From a virus (Duplodnaviria > Heunggongvirae > Uroviricota > Caudoviricetes), in the IMG/VR virus record IMGVR_UViG_2526164630_000028: a stretch of 17,246 nt of DNA. One strand, written 5' to 3'. The notes beneath the pieces were generated by a model. It had not been told where the DNA came from and did not search any database. It was given only the letters and a program-made list of their open reading frames with translations. Below, piece by piece: positions 8,525 to 16,795 of this stretch. The translations under genes and the position numbers were made by a program. How positions within the stretch are numbered: position 1 is the first letter of the stretch; each line of letters starts with the position of its first letter.

Positions 8525-8858
8525 CGAAATTCTTCTCTTTAATTCCAGCGGCTCTGATAGCTTTCATTACTGCAATTACCGTTTTGTCTCTCCCATCCTC
8601 ATAACCCATCGCATAAGCACCTTCTTCACCATCTTTCCAAAAGTCGTCATTCGATTCGGGCCAGTCGATATCCAGTTCAATAGCTGCTCGCGATGCCTGC
8701 CACGTTTGCCAGTGGCCTTGAACATCGTCCATCACGTATTGACCACCAATATTACCGCTGCCAATTTCATGGTGATTTTCAGGGTAACGGATAAGGTCTG
8801 AAGATTCGCCCCCACGTCGCAACCAACTTTCTTCAAACTGCTTTCTTGATTCGTCCAT
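8481..8858 (-). CDS. Acidic nin-region protein of unknown function (ninA-position gene)
   Basis: 125-aa track ORF, acidic/Trp-rich (MDESRKQFEESWLRRGGESSDLIRYPENHHEIGSG...). Lies between ren and ninB as nin-region genes do. Overlaps the ninB start by 44 nt. Confidence 0.55.
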   Translation of the reverse strand: MDESRKQFEESWLRRGGESSDLIRYPENHHEIGSGNIGGQYVMDDVQGHWQTWQASRAAIELDIDWPESNDDFWKDGEEGAYAMGYEDGRDKTVIAVMKAIRAAGIKEKNFDEANIHASQRSNQK

Positions 8859-8875
8859 CGGTACTTACCATCAGT

Positions 8876-9082
8876 TCAACTCACAAAACGCCACGCCATT
8901 TTTGCTACAGCGACAGGCGCAACACCGATAATCACCCACAGGAGAATGCTACCGAAAAGCACACCCACCAGGTCTTTACCTTCGCCTACCAACCGGACAA
9001 AACAGCCAGCAACCACAATGAACGTCGCCACCATCCACATAGCACCGAGAAGCCTCAATGCAGAGAAAATCAACTCAGCCAC
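8876..9082 (-). CDS. Small predicted two-helix membrane protein (68 aa) inserted between ren and the nin genes
   Basis: MAELIFSALRLLGAMWMVATFIVVAGCFVRLVGEGKDLVGVLFGSILLWVIIGVAPVAVAKMAWRFVS: two hydrophobic segments separated by a short charged loop. No lambda counterpart recognised. Confidence 0.45.
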   Translation of the reverse strand: MAELIFSALRLLGAMWMVATFIVVAGCFVRLVGEGKDLVGVLFGSILLWVIIGVAPVAVAKMAWRFVS

Positions 9083-9154
9083 GATTTACTCTCCCCCAAA
9101 TAAAAAGGCCTGCGATTACCAGCAGGCCTGTTATTAGCTCAGTGATGTAGATGG

Positions 9155-9445
9155 TCATCTTTTAACTCCATATACCGCCAATACCCGTTTCATCGCTGCA
9201 CTCTGGCGACACTCCTTAAAAATCAGGTTCGTGCTCACCGTTCCTTCCCGTTCTTCCCTGGTAGCAAACCGGTAATACACCGTTCGCCAGACCTTACCAT
9301 CAATGATCAGGATTCCTGCCCGCGCCATTTTAGCCGCAGCCTGATTTATGCTGGTTACGGTTGCGCCTGTTACCGCGGAAACGTCCTGTGCACAGAAGTT
9401 CTTATGCGTCCCGAGGTAATGAATAATTGCCTCTTTGCCCGTCAT
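9155..9445 (-). CDS. ren: Ren protein (lambda ren homologue)
   Basis: 96 aa; matches lambda Ren as remembered in sequence and in position immediately downstream of P, with ATGA-type overlap. Confidence 0.9.
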   Translation of the reverse strand: MTGKEAIIHYLGTHKNFCAQDVSAVTGATVTSINQAAAKMARAGILIIDGKVWRTVYYRFATREEREGTVSTNLIFKECRQSAAMKRVLAVYGVKR

Positions 9446-10143
9446 ACTCTTGCTCCTTTCAGTCCGAACTTAGCTTTAATTTCTGCGATCTTCGCCAGAG
9501 CCTGTGCACGATTTAGAGGTCTGCCGCCCATGACAGGAAGTTGTTTTACTGGTTCAGGGATCGCCTCACCACGGTTAATTCTCGCAGTCATATGGACAAG
9601 CTCATCTGCGGCCTTACGGCGTAATTCCGCATCAGTAAGCGCATTGGCCCGCATGTTCTGATACAGGTTGGTAACCAGCCAGTAGTGCGCGTTTGATTTC
9701 CACGGATAAGACTCCGCATCCGGATACAGGCCTCGCTTCCGGCAATACTCGTAAACCATATCAACCAGCTCGCTGACGTTTGGCAGTCCGGCGATAACGG
9801 ATGCTTCTTCCCGGCACCATGCAACAAACTGCCCGGGTGATGGCAGAAATGGTCGATTCTGCCGACGGGCTACGCGCATTCCTGCGTTAACCTGTTCCAT
9901 TGTGGTGATCCCGTTTTCCCGGAAAGCCAGAACCCACTGGCGGCGGATTTCGTTCAGTTCGTTCTGGTCACGATTAGCCATGCTCGCCGGGAAAGTTGCC
10001 AGTAACTGGCTGAACACACCGTTGATGATCTGCGCTACCTGCTGTACCTGCGGCTTTTCGTCGTACTGTTCCGGCATGTTGTTGGCGATCCGACGCATCT
10101 GCTCACGGTCAAAGTTAACCATCTGTGCGGCGATGTTTTTCAT
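9442..10143 (-). CDS. P: Replication protein P (helicase loader), essentially lambda P
   Basis: 233 aa, MKNIAAQMVNFDREQMRRIANNMPEQYDEKPQVQQVAQIINGVFSQLLATFPAS...KAKFGLKGA.V, near-identical to lambda P as remembered. Overlaps the O stop. Confidence 0.95.
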   Translation of the reverse strand: MKNIAAQMVNFDREQMRRIANNMPEQYDEKPQVQQVAQIINGVFSQLLATFPASMANRDQNELNEIRRQWVLAFRENGITTMEQVNAGMRVARRQNRPFLPSPGQFVAWCREEASVIAGLPNVSELVDMVYEYCRKRGLYPDAESYPWKSNAHYWLVTNLYQNMRANALTDAELRRKAADELVHMTARINRGEAIPEPVKQLPVMGGRPLNRAQALAKIAEIKAKFGLKGARV

Positions 10144-11038
10144 AGATCCACCCCGTAAATCCAGTCTGTGTTTGTCAGGTCGAGTTTTGGTTTGCTGGCT
10201 GTCACAACTGCCTGTTGCTTGTTACGGTTGATTTCGAGCTGGGTCCACTTGTCGCGGAGTTTGGCCGGGCTAAGCACGTTACCGGACCAGAAGCTGTCCT
10301 GGCATGCCCATCGGAACAGCACGCACATGTCGCGGTGGTTACGTCCGTCACGTTCTCGCATCAGGCGGATATCGTTAGCCCACCCAGCAAAATTCGGTTT
10401 TCTGGCTGATGGCGCGATGGTCTTCACCATGTCAAACATCCACTCTGCGGCGGTCAGGTCTTCTGCTGTTCCCCACTTGCTGCCGCTCTGAATTGCAGCA
10501 TCCGGTTTAACCACAGAAAGATCGTTTTCTGGCTGGTCAGAGGATTCGCCAGAATTCTCGGACGAATAATCTTTTCTTTTTCTTTTGTAATAGTGTCTTT
10601 TGTGTCCCCCTGTTTTGAGGGATAGCAATCCCCCAATTTGAGGGATGTTTTATCCCTCGTTTTAGGGGATTTTCCCTCGTTTTGAGGGATACACCATTCT
10701 GAGATGTTTTTATTTGGTCCAAACATGCCGCCTTGCTGCTTGATAATATTCATTCTGACGAGTTCTAACTTGGCTTCATTGCACCGTTTGACGGGTAACT
10801 TTGTAATCTCGCTAAGTTGAGAATCGGTGATTCTGTCCATTGGTTTATTCCACCCATAGGTTTTACGCAGAATGGCAAGCAGCACTTTAAACTGTCGCTT
10901 GGTCAGATCTGCGCCTGAATAAGCCTCAAGCAGCATATTTGATAGTCTGGCGTAACCATCATCGAGATCTGCCACATTACGCTCCTGTCCGGCAAAGTTA
11001 CCTCTGCCGAAGTTGAGTATTTTTGCTGTATTTGTCAT
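10140..11038 (-). pseudogene. O: Replication initiator O (lambda O), split into two track ORFs (10454..11038 and 10140..10628) by a 1-nt deficit in the T5/A5 run at 10577..10581 inside the ori AT-rich tract
   Basis: N-terminal ORF MTNTAKILNFGRGNFAGQERNVADLDDGYARLSNMLLEAY...TITKEK and C-terminal ORF ...KDYSSENSGESSDQPENDLSVVKPDAAIQSGSKWGTAEDL...TNTDWIYGVDL both match lambda O as remembered. Combined span is 899 nt (lambda O with stop is 900). Confidence 0.9.
10605..10690. repeat. ori-lambda iterons: four approximately 19-bp O-binding repeats inside the O gene, flanked by the A/T-rich tract at 10560..10600
   Basis: Plus-strand repeats tccccctgttttgagggat, atcccccaatttgagggat, atccctcgttttaggggat, ttccctcgttttgagggat, the reverse complement of lambda ITN-type iterons (ATCCCTCAAAACGAGGGA). 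Confidence 0.85.
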
Positions 11039-11070
11039 AATGACTCCTGTTGATAGATCCAGTAATGACC

Positions 11071-11133
11071 TCAGAATTCCATCTGGATTTGTTCAGAACG
11101 CTCGGTTGCCGCCGGGCGTTTTTTATTGGTGAG
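11071..11133 (-). pseudogene. cII: cII remnant: only the last ~20 codons plus stop are present; the N-terminal ~78 codons, tR1 and nutR boxB are absent
   Basis: Minus-strand translation ...LTNKKRPAATERSEQIQMEF* matches the lambda CII C-terminus as remembered and lies directly upstream of the O start. Too little sequence separates cro and this fragment for a full cII. Confidence 0.6.
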
Positions 11134-11208
11134 TCCATCAAGCGCATACTTAAATGAACCGCCCCGGAAATCCTGGAGACTAAACTCCCTGAGAAAGAGG
11201 TAAACAGG

Positions 11209-11535
11209 ATGACTAAAAATACTCGTTTTTCCCCCGAAGTCCGTCAGCGGGCGATTCGTATGGTTCTGGAAAGTCAGGATGAATATGACTCACAGTGGGC
11301 GGCAATTTGTTCCATTGCCCCAAAGATTGGCTGTACGCCGGAGACTCTGCGTGTCTGGGTTCGCCAGCATGAGCGGGATACCGGGAGTGGTGATGGTGGA
11401 CTCACCACCGCTGAACGTCAGCGTCTGAAAGAGCTGGAACGTGAAAATCGTGAACTGCGCCGCAGTAACGATATCCTTCGCCAGGCTTCCGCTTATTTTG
11501 CGAAGGCGGAGTTCGACCGCCTCTGGAAAAAATAA
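11209..11535 (+). CDS. IS629-like transposase OrfA (helix-turn-helix/leucine-zipper part)
   Basis: 108-aa track ORF; IS3-family OrfA pattern with an A-rich slippery region (gaaaaaataa) at its 3-prime end overlapping the orfB start. Confidence 0.9.
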   Translation: MTKNTRFSPEVRQRAIRMVLESQDEYDSQWAAICSIAPKIGCTPETLRVWVRQHERDTGSGDGGLTTAERQRLKELERENRELRRSNDILRQASAYFAKAEFDRLWKK

Positions 11536-12422
11536 TGCCGCTGCTGGATAAGCTGCGTGAGCAGTACGGGGTCGGACCGGTATGCAGTGAACTGCATATT
11601 GCCCCGTCAACGTATTACCACTGTCAGCAACAGCGACATCATCCTGATAAACGCAGTGCCCGTGCTCAGCGCGATGACTGGCTGAAGAGAGAGATACAGC
11701 GCGTATACGATGAAAATCATCAGGTGTACGGTGTGCGTAAAGTCTGGCGCCAGTTGTTACGCGAAGGTATCAGGGTGGCCAGATGCACTGTGGCACGTCT
11801 CATGGCAGTTATGGGACTTGCCGGTGTTCTCCGGGGTAAAAAGGTCCGTACTACCGTCAGCCGGAAAGCCGTTGCCGCATGCGACCGCGTAAACCGTCAG
11901 TTCGTGGCAGAACGTCCAGACCAGTTGTGGGTGGCTGATTTTACCTGGGTAAGCACATGGCAGGGCTTCGTTTATGTGGCGTTCATCATTGATGTGTTCG
12001 CCGGATACATCGTGGGATGGCAGGTCTCATCATCCATGGAAACAACATTCGTGCTGGATGCACTGGAGCAGGCGTTGTGGGCCCGTCGGCCGTCCGGCAC
12101 AATCCATCACAGTGATAAAGGTTCTCAGTATGTATCGCTGGCCTACACGCAGCGGCTTAAGGAAGCCGGATTACTGGCATCAACAGGGAGTACTGGCGAC
12201 TCGTATGACAACGCGATGGCGGAGAGCATCAATGGTCTTTACAAAGCGGAGGTAATACACCGTAAGAGCTGGAAAAACCGTGCAGAAGTGGAACTGGCCA
12301 CACTCACGTGGGTGGACTGGTATAACAATCGACGATTGCTGGAAAGGCTGGGCCATATTCCTCCGGCAGAAGCAGAAAAAGCTTATTATGCTTCCATCGG
12401 AAATAATGATCTGGCAGCCTGA
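11535..12422 (+). CDS. IS629-like transposase OrfB (DDE catalytic domain), normally expressed as an OrfAB fusion by -1 frameshifting
   Basis: 295-aa track ORF with the IS3-family integrase-core pattern (...WVADFTWVSTWQGFVYVAFIIDVFAGYIVGW...HHSDKGSQYVS...STGDSYDNAMAESINGLYKAE...). Confidence 0.9.
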   Translation: MPLLDKLREQYGVGPVCSELHIAPSTYYHCQQQRHHPDKRSARAQRDDWLKREIQRVYDENHQVYGVRKVWRQLLREGIRVARCTVARLMAVMGLAGVLRGKKVRTTVSRKAVAACDRVNRQFVAERPDQLWVADFTWVSTWQGFVYVAFIIDVFAGYIVGWQVSSSMETTFVLDALEQALWARRPSGTIHHSDKGSQYVSLAYTQRLKEAGLLASTGSTGDSYDNAMAESINGLYKAEVIHRKSWKNRAEVELATLTWVDWYNNRRLLERLGHIPPAEAEKAYYASIGNNDLAA

Positions 12423-12469
12423 GTTCACAGATAAAATACTCTCCAGGAAACCCGGGGCGGTTCAGTTTA

Positions 12470-12515
12470 CCTCTTTCTCAGGGAGTTTAGTCTCCAGGAT
12501 TCCCGGGGCGGTTCA
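12470..12515 (-). mobile_element. 46-bp remnant of a second IS629 left end in inverted orientation, 5 bp beyond the right end of the intact copy
   Basis: 12470..12515 is the reverse complement of 11155..11200 (left terminus of the intact IS) with one mismatch. It differs from the IS right-end interior, so it is a genuine left-end fragment. Confidence 0.7.
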
Positions 12516-12525
12516 AAAGAGCGGT
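12516..12525 (-). promoter_or_regulatory. Probable nutR boxA (CGCTCTTT) just downstream of cro, abutting the IS remnant; no boxB hairpin follows
   Basis: Minus strand reads taa(cro stop)-GTAACACCGCTCTTT then IS sequence. CGCTCTT(T)A is the boxA consensus and the same motif occurs in the putative nutL at 15191..15199. Confidence 0.4.
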
Positions 12526-12530
12526 GTTAC

Positions 12531-12731
12531 TTATGCAGTTGTTTTTTTGTTGCTTGGGAAGGGCTTTATTTCTTCCGCATAAACGCTTCCATCAGCGTTT
12601 ATAGTTAAAAAAATCTTTCGGCCTGCATGAAGGGCCTTGTTGATCGCGCTTTGATATACACCGAGATCTTTAGCCGTCTTGGTTTGACCAAAGCGCATTG
12701 CATAATCTTTCAGGGTTATGCGTTGTTCCAT
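12531..12731 (-). CDS. cro: Cro repressor (lambda Cro)
   Basis: 66 aa, [64 protein letters not shown], near-identical to lambda Cro as remembered. SD GGAGG upstream. Confidence 0.95.
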   Translation of the reverse strand: MEQRITLKDYAMRFGQTKTAKDLGVYQSAINKALHAGRKIFLTINADGSVYAEEIKPFPSNKKTTA

Positions 12732-12757
12732 ACAACCTCCTTAGTACATGCAATCAT

Positions 12758-12821
12758 TATCACCGCCAGAGGTAAAATAGTCAACACGCACGGTGTTAGA
12801 TATTTATTCCTTGCGGTGATA
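12758..12821. promoter_or_regulatory. Right operator OR1-OR2-OR3 with divergent promoters PR (towards cro) and PRM (towards cI), lambda type
   Basis: OR1 tatcaccgccagaggta (12758..12774), OR2 caacacgcacggtgtta (12782..12798), OR3 tattccttgcggtgata (12805..12821) match lambda operator half-site patterns. On the minus strand TTGACT and GATAAT (PR) are present. Confidence 0.85.
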
Positions 12822-12831
12822 GATTTAACGT

Positions 12832-13544
<713 letters not shown>

Positions 13545-13590
13545 CAAGAAGCACAGGTATTAACAATAACTTTCATGGTGATACGAATCA

Positions 13591-14133
13591 GTGGCTAAAA
13601 AAGGCGACTTTAAGCCTACCCAGAAAGAGGTTGACCAAGCTATTACTCGCTTGAAAAAAGTAACTTTTAGCGGAGTTACATGGACCGGAAGTGAGGGACG
13701 AACCCCAATCTGGTTTAAATTGGATCTCAAAGCTTTTGATGAAATTGGCAACCCAATCACAGGCATAAAATTTATGCTTCACTGGCGTCCTCCTATCGTT
13801 GAAGGGGTGGATATAGTGAAGATTTCATTTGTGATGTTTCTTCATGACAGGCGCATTTACGCGCTTGACCCGTACCCTGCGGATAACAAGCCACACCGTA
13901 ATAAATCTATAGTGAACCATCCAGATTTTGTTGAGGTGGCTCGAGGTCCTCACTATCACATGTACTTCGAATCAGCTGGGGAAGAAATTGCACTTAAGCT
14001 TGAAACGAACATCAAGCCAGATGATTTTTTTGGCTACTGGAATTATTTTTGCGAGGCGCTTAATATCATATATGAAGGCAGCCCACCTTTACCTAATCAA
14101 GATAAATCAGGTCAGCTATCATGGGAAATGTAA
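13591..14133 (+). CDS. Uncharacterised protein A of a two-gene cassette in the rexA/rexB slot (GTG start; no earlier in-frame start is possible)
   Basis: 180-aa track ORF immediately downstream of cI on the same strand. No similarity to RexA, no hydrophobic segments, no recognised catalytic motif. Stop TGA at 13579..13581 precedes the first in-frame start. Confidence 0.55.
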   Translation: MAKKGDFKPTQKEVDQAITRLKKVTFSGVTWTGSEGRTPIWFKLDLKAFDEIGNPITGIKFMLHWRPPIVEGVDIVKISFVMFLHDRRIYALDPYPADNKPHRNKSIVNHPDFVEVARGPHYHMYFESAGEEIALKLETNIKPDDFFGYWNYFCEALNIIYEGSPPLPNQDKSGQLSWEM

Positions 14134-14897
14134 CGTGTTCAACAGTCATATCTAAGCTCGGGTTTGAATGCCACCCAATGAGCGACACGTTGCTGCGCGT
14201 TATTAGTCCCTTCACATACTACGATGATTGTGAGCAGATAAGTGTATTCGTTCAAGAGATGAGTGGTCAGTATAGGGTTACAGACTACTGCGATACATTG
14301 ATGAATATTGAATCACGCGGCATCCACCTGACTAAAAAGAAAATTGATCTAATCAGGTCATCGCTCGCTTCGCAAGGAATTTCATTAAATGACTCTGGAG
14401 AGATATCTGCGTGGGCAGATGAGTCGTCCGTTGGACAGGTAACTGCAAATGTTATTCGTGGTGGGATTCTTGCATCCGCCCAAACTGCTGATTGGTATGC
14501 TGAGATCAAAGACGATAAGTTCGAAAAATGTGTAATCAGCTACTTAAAATCAGCAGGGCTTGGGAAGCGACTAGCTTTAAAGGAAAAAGTGAAAGGTATT
14601 AGTGGGCATAACATTACTGTTCCGTTAACGCTAAGGAATGAGTCTCGACTAATACCACCAAAACGCGGGTTTACGGTAAGCCTTGCCAGCAGTAAGGGAT
14701 GGAATACTGCCCACTCAACAGTTGGGAAGATTGTTGACTTAAGTCAGGTCGTTCCTGACATAAACAATAGATTTGTAATAGTTGACAGCGATGGGTTAAC
14801 ACCTGAGCTACAGCAACTATCACTACTATTTAATGATACCGCACGAGTGTTGCCATTCCATACCAGAGACTCTTGGATTGAGTCTCTGGTAGCCTAG
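14121..14897 (+). CDS. Uncharacterised protein B of the rex-slot cassette; overlaps gene A by 13 nt (alternative start at Met20, 14178)
   Basis: 258-aa track ORF, soluble-looking, no TM helices (RexB is a multi-pass membrane protein), followed directly by a strong hairpin terminator. Confidence 0.6.
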   Translation: MGNVTCSTVISKLGFECHPMSDTLLRVISPFTYYDDCEQISVFVQEMSGQYRVTDYCDTLMNIESRGIHLTKKKIDLIRSSLASQGISLNDSGEISAWADESSVGQVTANVIRGGILASAQTADWYAEIKDDKFEKCVISYLKSAGLGKRLALKEKVKGISGHNITVPLTLRNESRLIPPKRGFTVSLASSKGWNTAHSTVGKIVDLSQVVPDINNRFVIVDSDGLTPELQQLSLLFNDTARVLPFHTRDSWIESLVA

Positions 14898-14898
14898 A

Positions 14899-14926
14899 AA
14901 AACCCGGCCACCGAGCCGGGTTTTCT
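14899..14926 (+). terminator. Intrinsic terminator ending the cI / rex-slot (PRM) operon
   Basis: cccggc-(cacc ga loop)-gccggg stem at 14903..14920 followed by TTTTCTTT, starting 2 nt after the stop of gene B. Confidence 0.7.
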
Positions 14927-15081
14927 TTGCCTCACGATCCCCACACCTAATAACACCATAACCAATTGTATTTATTGAAAAATTGATAGATACAACTTGC
15001 TAAACAGTGCAATTCTGATCCCTCGCCTACCAAACAATGCCCCCCTGCAAAAAAATAAATCCATATAAAAAACATACAGAT

Positions 15082-15144
15082 AACCATCTGCGGTGATAAA
15101 TTATCTCTGGCGGTGTTGACACATATACCACTAGCGGTGATACT
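15082..15144 (+). promoter_or_regulatory. Left operator oL3-oL2-oL1 and promoter PL (-35 TTGACA 15116..15121, -10 GATACT 15139..15144), lambda type, driving the N-like gene
   Basis: aaccatctgcggtgata / tatctctggcggtgttg / taccactagcggtgata match lambda oL operator patterns. Hexamers have 17-bp spacing. Confidence 0.8.
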
Positions 15145-15190
15145 AAACACATCAGCAGGACGCTGGCAGCCAAACGGAACAGATTGGCAG

Positions 15191-15224
15191 GCTCTTTAAC
15201 TTCGATGGTGCGCTGACAAAGCGC
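15191..15224 (+). promoter_or_regulatory. nutL: boxA-like gctctttaa (15191..15199) and boxB hairpin GCGCTGACAAAGCGC (15210..15224) of the P22 type
   Basis: Perfect 5-bp stem GCGCT/AGCGC with GACAA pentaloop, identical to the P22 boxB RNA as remembered from N-peptide/boxB structural work. Located between the PL start and the N-like ORF. Confidence 0.6.
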
Positions 15225-15343
15225 GAACAGATACCAAACGAGATGGATTTGGCAGTGATGTGAATTGCAGCTGCAACGACAGCAACCAGAAGATCAGCAT
15301 CTTGCGCATCACCACCAAAGCCATTTCACATGAGGAAAACATC

Positions 15344-15652
15344 ATGACGGTAATCGTGTACGGAAAATCAACATTTGCAGGAAATGCCAAAACTCGCCGT
15401 CATGAGCGGCGCAGAAAGCTGGCCATCGAGCGTGATTCCATCTGCAACATCATCGATTCGATCTTCGGCACAGACAGTGAGGAACCTGTTCAGGAAGATC
15501 CGAGAAAGCATTTAAATCTTTCTGAAAAAGCAATATCACTCAGCAACATTCGTAACCAAAATACCGATGAATGCAGTGGAAGTATTTGTCTTCCAAATGT
15601 AGCTCTTTACGCGGCAGGCTACAGGAAATCAAAACAACTGACAGCAAGGTGA
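15344..15652 (+). CDS. N-type antiterminator with P22 gene-24-like arginine-rich motif. Start at Met29 of track ORF 15260..15652 (ATG 15344, SD GAGG upstream)
   Basis: MTVIVYGKSTFAGNAKTRRHERRRKLAIERDSICNIIDSIFG...: the GNAKTRRHERRRKLAIER segment matches the P22 N peptide that binds boxB, as remembered. First gene after PL/nutL. Confidence 0.7.
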   Translation: MTVIVYGKSTFAGNAKTRRHERRRKLAIERDSICNIIDSIFGTDSEEPVQEDPRKHLNLSEKAISLSNIRNQNTDECSGSICLPNVALYAAGYRKSKQLTAR

Positions 15653-15710
15653 CTTGTGTTGGTCGCCAGAAAATGAAATTAGGCAGCAAACCACTTATTT
15701 GAGGTGATAT

Positions 15711-16160
15711 ATGGAAGAACAAGCAAACAAGATTCTCGTAGAACTACTGCAAAAAGCCAGTAATGGAATAGACGCGGCTGTTTCATTTAGCCAGGCACAG
15801 ATTCCTGATGTTGTTCATCAGTTGCTGCTATGGAATATGGTTGACAGTCTGATTAAAACATTAATGGCCATTCTAACAATCCCACTGGTTTTCTGGTTTA
15901 TGAAGAAGCAGTGCCAAAGAGTTGAGACAGGTAAAATCGGTGATGAAGGATATTCATGGGAGAAAGGAAATCCCAAATACAGGCCGACAATGGTTTGGGA
16001 TAGCAAAGGTGATATTAATCTTCTTATCATGCCATTGGTTGGAGTTTTGACTCTGTGGGGGATTTTTATTATTGGTGTAGTAACCAATATGACTTGGTTA
16101 AAAATTTGGCTGGCCCCAAAGCTTTACCTTATCGAATATGCAGCATCATTGGTTAAGTAA
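15711..16160 (+). CDS. Predicted membrane protein (two or more TM segments) immediately after the N-like gene; position of lambda ral/sieB-type accessory genes; possible superinfection-exclusion function
   Basis: 149-aa track ORF with strong SD (GAGGTGA); hydrophobic segments ...LMAILTIPLVFWFM... and ...LLIMPLVGVLTLWGIFIIGVV.... No confident homologue recalled. Confidence 0.55.
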   Translation: MEEQANKILVELLQKASNGIDAAVSFSQAQIPDVVHQLLLWNMVDSLIKTLMAILTIPLVFWFMKKQCQRVETGKIGDEGYSWEKGNPKYRPTMVWDSKGDINLLIMPLVGVLTLWGIFIIGVVTNMTWLKIWLAPKLYLIEYAASLVK

Positions 16161-16164
16161 TTTC

Positions 16165-16190
16165 AGGCCGCATAGTCGGCCTTTATTTTT
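16165..16190 (+). terminator. Intrinsic terminator after the membrane-protein gene (tL-type)
   Basis: aggccg-(catagt)-cggcct stem followed by a T-rich tail (ttatttttgg). Confidence 0.6.
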
Positions 16191-16309
16191 GGCATAAACA
16201 ACAGAATAAACACTGCACTGTGTTTTCATTCCAACGAGTGAATACACGGAGCAATGTCGCTCGTAACTAAACAGGAGCCGACTTGTTCTGATTATTGGAA
16301 ATCTTCTTT

Positions 16310-16337
16310 GCCCTCTAATGTGAGGGCGGTTTTTTTC
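16310..16337 (+). terminator. Second intrinsic terminator just upstream of ea10
   Basis: gccctc-(taatgt)-gagggc stem followed by ggttttttt. Confidence 0.5.
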
Positions 16338-16354
16338 TGTGAGGATATGAACAG

Positions 16355-16723
16355 ATGTCAAACATCAAAAAATACATCATTGATTACGACTGGAAAGCAT
16401 CAATAGAAATTGAAATCGACCATGACGTAATGACAGAGGAAAAACTTCACCAGATTAATAATTTCTGGTCAGACTCTGAATACCGACTCAATAAACACGG
16501 CTCTGTATTAAATGCTGTATTAATCATGCTGGCGCAACATGCTCTGCTTATAGCAATTTCAAGCGACTTAAATGCATATGGTGTTGTGTGTGAGTTCGAC
16601 TGGAATGATGGAAATGGTCAGGAAGGATGGCCTCCAATGGATGGTAGCGAAGGAATAAGAATTACCGATATCGATACATCAGGAATATTTGATTCAGATG
16701 ATATGACTATCAAGGCCGCCTGA
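16355..16723 (+). CDS. ea10: Ea10-like protein (lambda ea10 position and size)
   Basis: 369-nt ORF (122 aa) ending 73 nt upstream of cIII, the same size and spacing as lambda ea10 as remembered. Acidic C-terminal region. Confidence 0.7.
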   Translation: MSNIKKYIIDYDWKASIEIEIDHDVMTEEKLHQINNFWSDSEYRLNKHGSVLNAVLIMLAQHALLIAISSDLNAYGVVCEFDWNDGNGQEGWPPMDGSEGIRITDIDTSGIFDSDDMTIKAA

Positions 16724-16795
16724 GTGCGGCTTTACCGCATACCAATAACGCTTCACTCGAGGCGTTTTTCGTTATGTATAAATAAGGAGCACACC

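Larger units (their letters stand above)
11155..12464 (+). mobile_element. IS3-family insertion sequence, IS629/IS1203/IS3411-like, 1310 bp with terminal inverted repeats
   Basis: Left end tgaaccgccccggaaatcctggag... at 11155 and right end ...ctccaggaaacccggggcggttca at 12464 are imperfect inverted repeats. OrfA begins [23 protein letters not shown]..., as remembered for IS629. Length 1310 bp matches IS629. Confidence 0.9.

Noticed and set aside
9902..10491. Plus-strand ORFs of 64-109 aa (9902..10231, 10168..10491, 10215..10409)
   Set aside because: All are antisense to the lambda-identical O and P genes.
11290..12428. Minus- and plus-strand ORFs overlapping the IS (11290..11610, 11710..11892, 11974..12255, 12180..12428)
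   Set aside because: Embedded in or antisense to the IS629 transposase genes, which account for the coding signal.
15260..15343. N-terminal 28 codons of the 130-aa track ORF upstream of the N-like gene
   Set aside because: The extension overlaps the nutL/leader region and lacks an RBS; Met29 (ATG 15344) has a Shine-Dalgarno sequence and begins the P22-N-like motif.
15818..16087. 89-aa minus-strand ORF
   Set aside because: Antisense to the 149-aa membrane-protein ORF, which has a strong RBS and coherent hydrophobic segments; the minus-strand translation is low-complexity.
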